Source of the DNA: Polynucleobacter necessarius | Lineage (GTDB): Bacteria > Pseudomonadota > Gammaproteobacteria > Burkholderiales > Burkholderiaceae | Assembly: GCF_900095195.1 (NCBI RefSeq) | Contig: NZ_LT606950.1 | Coordinates: 1,087,207 to 1,119,206, forward strand | DNA: 32,000 bases | Direction of reading: 5' to 3' | Shown: positions 26,872 to 32,000 of the stretch, in pieces | How positions within the stretch are numbered: position 1 is the stretch's first letter | Layout: the number at the start of each line of letters is the position of its first letter | Position numbers and translations under genes: made by a program | Notes under the pieces: model-generated | Seen by the model: the letters and a program-made list of their open reading frames with translations, nothing else | Databases searched by the model: none | What the model was told of the DNA's origin: nothing

Positions 26872-26895
26872 CGAGATTTTCTGAGATGCATGGAA

Positions 26896-26927
26896 TTCAG
26901 CCCGCTATTGTGGGCTGAACTCTTTTT
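26896..26927 (+). terminator. rho-independent terminator of the TRAP operon
   Basis: TTCAGCCC-GCTATTGT-GGGCTGAA followed by CTCTTTTT. Confidence 0.75.
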
Positions 26928-26954
26928 AAGAGAGGCCTCTTACAAGACTCATCC

Positions 26955-28086
26955 TCAGGAAATCTTAGTCCAAGGAGATTTGCCAGCATATTTCTGTATT
27001 GACGCTTCATCAAACTCAAATCCAAGACCTGGGGTTTTATGCAAAATGAGATCCCCATTTTTAAATGCCAACTGCTTATTGATTAATCTGCGGAAATTGA
27101 GCACCTGATCGTCCAAGAAAAATTCTACGAAGCGTGCGTTAGGTGTTGCCGCTACTAGTGGCGCATGCAAATCATGAAACCAATGCGGGCACGCTGCAAT
27201 CCCTTTGACATCAGCATAGGCAGAAATACGACGCCATTCGGTAATACCACCACAAACAGCGGCATCGGACTGCAAAATAATCGCACCACCAGATTCAATG
27301 AGCTCTCTAAAGCGCCAACGACCCGCCTCCATTTCTCCGGGCGACATTGATGGTAGTTTGTCGAGCTAGCGCAGCATGCAAGTCAATCGCATCTGGAGAA
27401 AATGGCTCTTCTATCCAATACGGGTTATAGGCCTCAAACCTGCGGACATACTCTAGCGCTGTGGGCAGATCTCGCCAGGCATTGTTGGCATCCAGCGTCA
27501 ATAGAACTTCATCACCAATGGCTTTGCGTACAGCCTTAACACGTGTTTCCTCTTCTGCAGGCGATAAACGTCCGACTTTCATTTTGACGGCCCTAAAGCC
27601 TTGCTTTACATACGACTCCACATCCTTACCAAGCTTGGCCGGCGTTTTTCCATCAAGGTAGTAGCCACCACTCGCATAAGCAGGCACACGATCATCAACA
27701 ACCGATCCGAGGTATTGGTGTAAAGGTAGCCCAGCAGATCGGGCATTTAAATCCCAAAGAGCAGTATCTAATATTGAAATCCCCCGCATTACAGCACCAG
27801 TACGCCCTTGCAAAATGGATTCGCTATACATTTCCATCCAGAGGCCCTCGGAGCGATGGCTGTTCTGACCAATCAATTTTGGTGCCAGCAGTTGCTGAAC
27901 AGCAATTTTGGCAATTTCACCGCCTGCACTACCAACATAGCAAAAGCCCATTCCCTCATTGCCATCCTTGCCGCAGACTTTTACTAAACAATAATGTCGC
28001 TCAGATACAGTGCGAGTGGAAAATGAGGTGACCTTATCGAGAGGTACTGCGACTGATGTTACCTGCACTGATTCAATAATCGGCAT
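26955..28086 (-). pseudogene. enolase-superfamily enzyme (mandelate racemase/muconate lactonizing family, probable acid-sugar dehydratase), single frameshift
   Basis: Fragment 27307-28086 reads ...ILDTALWDLNARSAGLPLHQYLG...FRAVKMKVG...LLTLDANNAW...NPYWIEEP.... Fragment 26955-27347 reads GEMEAGRWRFRELIESGGAIILQSDAAVCGGITE.... They join at ...TTINVA / GEME near 27339-27341. Confidence 0.85.
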
Positions 28087-28127
28087 CTGAACTCCTTAAT
28101 CAAAAATTTATTTTATCCAGTATTCCA

Positions 28128-29660
28128 ATGCTTGATTTGGCAGCATTTATGGCAATTTATTGCACTACAACAAAAGAATTCAGCCATGGTTTCACATTAT
28201 TAGATAATGATTCTGTGAAAAAAATTGTGTCCGCTTATCGCCTCCTTGCCAGAAAGCTCGCATTTATCCTGAGGGGCAGCCTCATTGGCCTGACTTTAGG
28301 CTTTAGTCAGATATCTGAAACTAAAACACCAGCTCAAAAATCCAACGAGAACCGCCAAAAGGTGACGGTGCAAAACACAAAATCGGTGGGGTTTAAGGAT
28401 AAATCTGTAGTAACCAACTCTAAAACTAACAGCATGAGCATGAGCCTGAATCCATCGCTCTTTCAGAAAAAAAGTCCGGATGAGTTGATGCTCAATATAG
28501 ATGCGAATCTAGACTACCGAGTCTCGCAAGGTTGTCTCCAGCGTAGCTTTTTTGAAGGTAACTTACCGGCAAGCATTGGGATTAATAACCCACAGTTTTC
28601 TGAGTTTTTCAAAAGCCAAACGAAAAACTTTTTTGAGAAGATGCGTGGCAACTGCATTCCATATGCTGTGGCATTCACCACTCGCAATAAGTTCGACTCT
28701 CTCAGCATCATGAATGGCCCTATCCAAGATAGCAAAACCGAAGTTTGGACATTTACGCCATCTGCTTTTGGCGGGTTCTTGGTGCAGCAAGATTTTCTAC
28801 GCAATGAATCTAAAAATCTCACCGAAATTCGCGTACCACTCAAAGAAGTTTTATACGACCCTCGCAAATTGGGAGACAAGTTACCAGTCGAGTTAGTTTG
28901 GGAGCTTAATTCGATCATCAAGCAGATTTACCCAGAAGCAAATAACTCACTAGAGAATACCAACAGCATCGTGCGCCTCATTGTTGATTTTGGAGACCGT
29001 GAAAAGTGGGCGCAAATTTGGGCGGCGGAGATTATTGACCTTTCCAATAAGGAAGTATTTGCTAGCGCCTTTTGGGTTGAACGCAACGATATACCGGGCG
29101 CTTTCTTCACGAGCAACGGCGAATCCCTTGAGCAATCATTTTGGACCAATCCACTAAGTTATCGCCGTATCTCACGCGGTGTCGGCATGGTCCGTGCTGG
29201 TGCCCCGAAACGATCCAAGAATAATCCTGCCGTAACTCAACTCGCACCCACAAAACAACGCTATCGCACCCACATGGGCATCGACTATGCCGCTCCCGTG
29301 GGAACACCAATCTTTAGTGTAGCCAATGGCAAAGTGGTCCATCTTGGCTATAGTGGCGCATTCGGAAAATTAATCGTTTTAGAGCATCCTGGCGGATATC
29401 ACACTTACTATGCTCATCTGAGTGGCTACAACTCAGAGCTAGACGTCGGTAATGAGATACGTCGCGGACTAGAAATTGGTTATGTTGGATCTACCGGTAG
29501 ATCCACAGGTCCACATCTGCATTTTGAACTACGAAAAAATGGTATCTATGTTGATCCATATGCTACTAAGACACAATTAGATCTGTGGTCAATGCGCGAT
29601 AGTGAAAGCGGGCAACTTACTCGCGAGATATTGCTTTTTGGCAGTCCAATGTCACGTTAA
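28128..29660 (+). CDS. M23 family (LytM-type) metallopeptidase with a long N-terminal region; start uncertain
   Basis: The C-terminal domain reads HMGIDYAAPVGTPIFSVANGKV...LEHPGGYHTYYAHLS...GSTGRSTGPHLHFE (HxxxD and HxH motifs). A membrane-anchor-like segment is KKIVSAYRLLARKLAFILRGSLIGLTLGF. The true start could be GTG near 28215 rather than ATG 28128. Confidence 0.85.
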   Translation: MLDLAAFMAIYCTTTKEFSHGFTLLDNDSVKKIVSAYRLLARKLAFILRGSLIGLTLGFSQISETKTPAQKSNENRQKVTVQNTKSVGFKDKSVVTNSKTNSMSMSLNPSLFQKKSPDELMLNIDANLDYRVSQGCLQRSFFEGNLPASIGINNPQFSEFFKSQTKNFFEKMRGNCIPYAVAFTTRNKFDSLSIMNGPIQDSKTEVWTFTPSAFGGFLVQQDFLRNESKNLTEIRVPLKEVLYDPRKLGDKLPVELVWELNSIIKQIYPEANNSLENTNSIVRLIVDFGDREKWAQIWAAEIIDLSNKEVFASAFWVERNDIPGAFFTSNGESLEQSFWTNPLSYRRISRGVGMVRAGAPKRSKNNPAVTQLAPTKQRYRTHMGIDYAAPVGTPIFSVANGKVVHLGYSGAFGKLIVLEHPGGYHTYYAHLSGYNSELDVGNEIRRGLEIGYVGSTGRSTGPHLHFELRKNGIYVDPYATKTQLDLWSMRDSESGQLTREILLFGSPMSR

Positions 29661-29680
29661 GCCTTCAAGACACCGAATAA

Positions 29681-29708
29681 AAAAAGGGCTCATGAGCCCT
29701 TTTGCTTT
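29681..29708. terminator. bidirectional rho-independent terminator between the M23 and uspA genes
   Basis: The palindrome GGGCTCATGAGCCC has an A-tract upstream (AAAAA) and TTTTGCTTTT downstream. It lies between convergent genes. Confidence 0.75.
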
Positions 29709-29724
29709 TCAAGTTCTACAACGA

Positions 29725-30165
29725 TTAACCAAGAACGAGAACCGGTAATTTCGAGTGCACGATTACTTTATGGGTCTCGCTACCCAGTAGCACCCCTTTG
29801 ATGCCAGTACGCTTGTGGGATACCATCACAATCATATCCGCCTTTGCCTTTTTAGCACCGTCCAAGATACCTTCTGAAAGATTCGTATTGGCGATATGCA
29901 ATGAATTGGCTTTTACGCCGGATCCAAGGGCGGTAGCAGCTTTCTTAAAAACATCCTTAGCGTAAGCATCGCATGCTGCCTTATGCTCTTTAGCCGATAC
30001 GCCGTAGCCCATCGTGCTATCTGAATACACCAATGGAGGTAGGGGATCGGAAACATAGACCAAAGTAACTGCCGCACCATCCGCCTTTGCTAATTCAGCG
30101 ACTTTCTTCAAAGAATTTTTACTAACATCCGAACCATCGACTGGTACCAATAAATGCTTAAACAT
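29725..30165 (-). CDS. uspA: universal stress protein (UspA family)
   Basis: The 146-aa ORF reads MFKHLLVPVDGS..S...L..A..LAK...A.V.L..V...ADMIVM.SH.R.G....LGSET..V...S..PVLV. Confidence 0.85.
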   Translation of the reverse strand: MFKHLLVPVDGSDVSKNSLKKVAELAKADGAAVTLVYVSDPLPPLVYSDSTMGYGVSAKEHKAACDAYAKDVFKKAATALGSGVKANSLHIANTNLSEGILDGAKKAKADMIVMVSHKRTGIKGVLLGSETHKVIVHSKLPVLVLG

Positions 30166-30248
30166 ATGCCTATCTCCTAAAAAATTAAACTATTGGCCTG
30201 TTATTTCCATCATAATCCTTATTATTACGCTATCAAAGCACAAAGGGT

Positions 30249-30655
30249 AAGTTAATTGCTCAGGTATTTGGAATCTACCTCTCTTTCTTGGTCACTCTCA
30301 TCGCAGTGGATTTGGTGTAGATTCTTGGAATCGCAAAAAACCTATATCGCCATGAAATGGGGGATTTAATGGCGAGCGACTGAAGTTACTTGCGGGGCTG
30401 GCCTTTTATCTTCTTTATGCCTTGGGTGTCTGTATTTTTGTTATTGCCCCAGCACTTTCAAAACAGTCACTTTCGCACGCCTTGTTATATGGGGCTCTGT
30501 TCGGCTTGTTTTGCTATATGACCTATGATCTCACTAACCTAGCGGTTATTCGTGACTTTCCTACCAAACTGGCATTCATTGACATTGCTTGGGGCTCTTT
30601 AGTTACCGCTTTTTCTGTGGGGCTTGCCTACTGGGTAGGCAATCGACTCTCTTAA
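30249..30655 (+). pseudogene. DUF2177-family small membrane protein with no start codon, an in-frame stop and a frameshift
   Basis: (K)LIAQVFGIYLSFLVTLIAVDLV*ILGIAKNLYRHEMGDLMA has TAG at 30318-30320, probably from TGG. The frame then changes to ...LLAGLAFYLLYALGVCIFVIAPAL...YGALFGLFCYMTYDLTNLAV...AWG. No ATG/GTG/TTG lies at the expected N-terminus. Confidence 0.65.
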
Positions 30656-30662
30656 AACGTAC

Positions 30663-32000
30663 ATGTTCTTTCAACCCAAAATTATTGATTGCTTAAAGTA
30701 TTATAACCGCGCTTCATTTTTCAATGATGCTGTCGCCGGTATCACGGTCGGAGTAGTTGCTCTGCCGTTAGCGATGGCTTTTGCCATCGCCAGCAGACTA
30801 ACTCCAGAAGCGGGAATTTTCACGGCCATCATTGGCGGCGGCTTGGTTTCATTGCTAGGGGGTAGCCGCGTACTGATTGGCGGACCTGCTGGAGCATTCA
30901 TTGTCATTGTGTATGGAATTGTGGAGCGCTATGGCGTGCCAAATCTCTTATTAGCCACAGTAATGTCTGGAATATTTTTGTTGCTCATGGGAGCTTTAAG
31001 ACTGGGAACATTGGTCAGATTTATTCCAGTTGCGGTCATTATTGGTTTTACTAACGGCATTGCCGTATTAATTGGCTTGTCACAAGTAAAGGATTTCTTT
31101 GGCTTATCAATCGATAAAATGCCAGCACAATTTTTTCAAGCAATACAGACGCTTTACCTTGCCGCTAACACTGTAAATCCAGTTGCACTGAGCCTTGCGT
31201 GCGGTAGCTTAACGCTCATCCTTCTTTGGAAGATGTTACAAAAGCACCTCGGCTGGCTTGGTCATTTACCCGGAACAGTAGTTGCCATGATCAGCGCTAC
31301 AGTCGTCACCGCACTATTTAATCTTCCCGTTGATACGATTGGCACACGATTTGGCGGCATTCCTTCAAGCCTCCCCCATTTTGAATGGGTATCTATCACC
31401 TGGGGTACCGCACAGTTCATGATCGCGCCTGCCTTGACGTTGGCATTATTGGGCGCTATCGAATCTTTGCTGTGTGCTCGTGTTGCCGATGGCCTCATAC
31501 ATGACCGACACGAATCCAATCAAGAGCTGATGGCACAAGGAATTGCAAATATTGTGACTCCATTTTTTGGAGGCATGCCAACGACTGGCACGATCGCCCG
31601 TACCGTGACAAATATTGAAAGCGGCGCCAACAGCCCAGCTGCTGGAGCTGTTCATGCACTCACTTTATTACTGGTCGTTTTATTTGCAGCGCCTCTTGCC
31701 AAAGACATTCCACTAGCGAGTTTGGCGGCAATCTTGATGTATGTCGCTTGGAACATGGGTGAATGGAAAAAATTTATCGATCTCAAGCAATTCCGACTGC
31801 CTTATCGGCTAACGATTTTGAGTGTCTTTTTGCTCACCGTCATTTTAGATCTAACCGTTGCGATTCAAGTCGGCCTGCTTTGCGCATTCATTACATTTAT
31901 CTATCGCATCTCCAGCTTATCGCGTTGCGAACCTGCAGACCCCACACTTTTCCCAGCGCTAAACCCACATCAGGGCCGAATCGATGCCTATCGTATTTAT
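30663..32000 (+). CDS. SulP family inorganic anion (sulfate/bicarbonate-type) permease, 5' part, runs off the window
   Basis: ATG at 30663. The frame is open for 446 codons to the window edge: MFFQPKIIDCLKYYNRASFFNDAVAGITVGVVALPLAMAFAIASRLTPEAGIFTAIIGG...GAIESLLCARVADG...QELMAQGIANIVTPFFGGMPTTGTIARTVTNIESGA.... It is absent from the supplied track, presumably because it has no stop. The minus-strand ORFs listed there (30701-30907, 31262-31519, 31446-31655) are antisense artefacts. Confidence 0.9.
   Translation, partial: MFFQPKIIDCLKYYNRASFFNDAVAGITVGVVALPLAMAFAIASRLTPEAGIFTAIIGGGLVSLLGGSRVLIGGPAGAFIVIVYGIVERYGVPNLLLATVMSGIFLLLMGALRLGTLVRFIPVAVIIGFTNGIAVLIGLSQVKDFFGLSIDKMPAQFFQAIQTLYLAANTVNPVALSLACGSLTLILLWKMLQKHLGWLGHLPGTVVAMISATVVTALFNLPVDTIGTRFGGIPSSLPHFEWVSITWGTAQFMIAPALTLALLGAIESLLCARVADGLIHDRHESNQELMAQGIANIVTPFFGGMPTTGTIARTVTNIESGANSPAAGAVHALTLLLVVLFAAPLAKDIPLASLAAILMYVAWNMGEWKKFIDLKQFRLPYRLTILSVFLLTVILDLTVAIQVGLLCAFITFIYRISSLSRCEPADPTLFPALNPHQGRIDAYRIY

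Noticed and set aside
28431-28445. Hexanucleotide repeat AGCATG x2.5 in the M23 peptidase gene
   Set aside because: It is in frame (SMSMS), very short, and lies in a low-complexity linker. It does not disrupt the ORF.
1-32000. Programmed ribosomal frameshifting or other recoding as the explanation for the split ORFs
   Set aside because: The breaks occur in more than 20 unrelated families. They coexist with nonsense codons, deletions and inversions. They show no shared slippery-site or structure motif, and several genes have many shifts each.
1-32000. CRISPR arrays, toxin-antitoxin pairs, restriction-modification or other defence systems, prophage remnants, IS elements
   Set aside because: No repeat-spacer periodicity was seen. 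No small paired ORFs with a TA look, nucleases, ATPase/helicase-type defence genes, transposases or terminal inverted repeats were recognised. The only NPPW methyltransferase is a solitary pseudogene with no partner endonuclease.

Overview
This window looks like a moderately AT-rich betaproteobacterial (Burkholderiales-like) chromosome in recent, extensive gene decay. The lineage call rests on several Bug/TctC-type binding proteins, a tctCBA operon and the tmRNA tag ANDERYALAA.

An intact tmRNA gene (ssrA, 162-520) is followed by about 35 gene-sized loci. I can read 22 of them only by joining ORF-track fragments across frameshifts, in-frame stops, internal deletions, one gene-fusing deletion and two inversions. 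These pseudogenes cover roughly 18-19 kb of the 32 kb by my coordinate tally.

- **Disrupted:** a SAM methyltransferase, pirin, trhO, a LysR regulator, three Bug paralogs, a ModA-like binding protein, an alpha/beta hydrolase, an MmgE/PrpD protein, two 2-hydroxyacid dehydrogenases, the second chromate-transporter half, tctA, tctB, tctC, crcB, ygiD, an MFS transporter, a 3-hydroxyacyl-CoA dehydrogenase, an enolase-superfamily enzyme and a DUF2177 protein.
- **Apparently intact:** a carboxymuconolactone-decarboxylase-family protein plus one Bug binding protein, one chromate-transporter half, an M50 protease, cytochrome c', cytochrome b561, a DHDPS-family enzyme, a TAXI-TRAP transporter (binding protein plus fused permease), an M23 peptidase, UspA, and a SulP permease that runs off the right edge and is absent from the supplied ORF track.
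- **Not found:** transposase, integrase, phage genes, CRISPR array, or any recognisable defence or toxin system. I did not find a convincing novel multi-gene system.

The most interesting signals are structural:

1. A ~1.25-kb inversion splits a Bug gene and a PrpD-family gene into four oppositely oriented pieces. It has an 8-bp inverted microhomology at one junction and a probable later deletion at the other.
2. A 155-bp in-place inversion inside another Bug gene is flanked by GCACGT/ACGTGC, and flipping it restores the reading frame exactly.
3. An 11-bp tandem duplication sits on the start codon of the otherwise intact DHDPS-family gene.
4. Frameshifts are strongly associated with homopolymers, and two are locally compensated frameshift patches.
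5. Two SD-preceded small ORFs fall below the track cutoff.

All family calls come from reading motifs by eye. No database search was possible.
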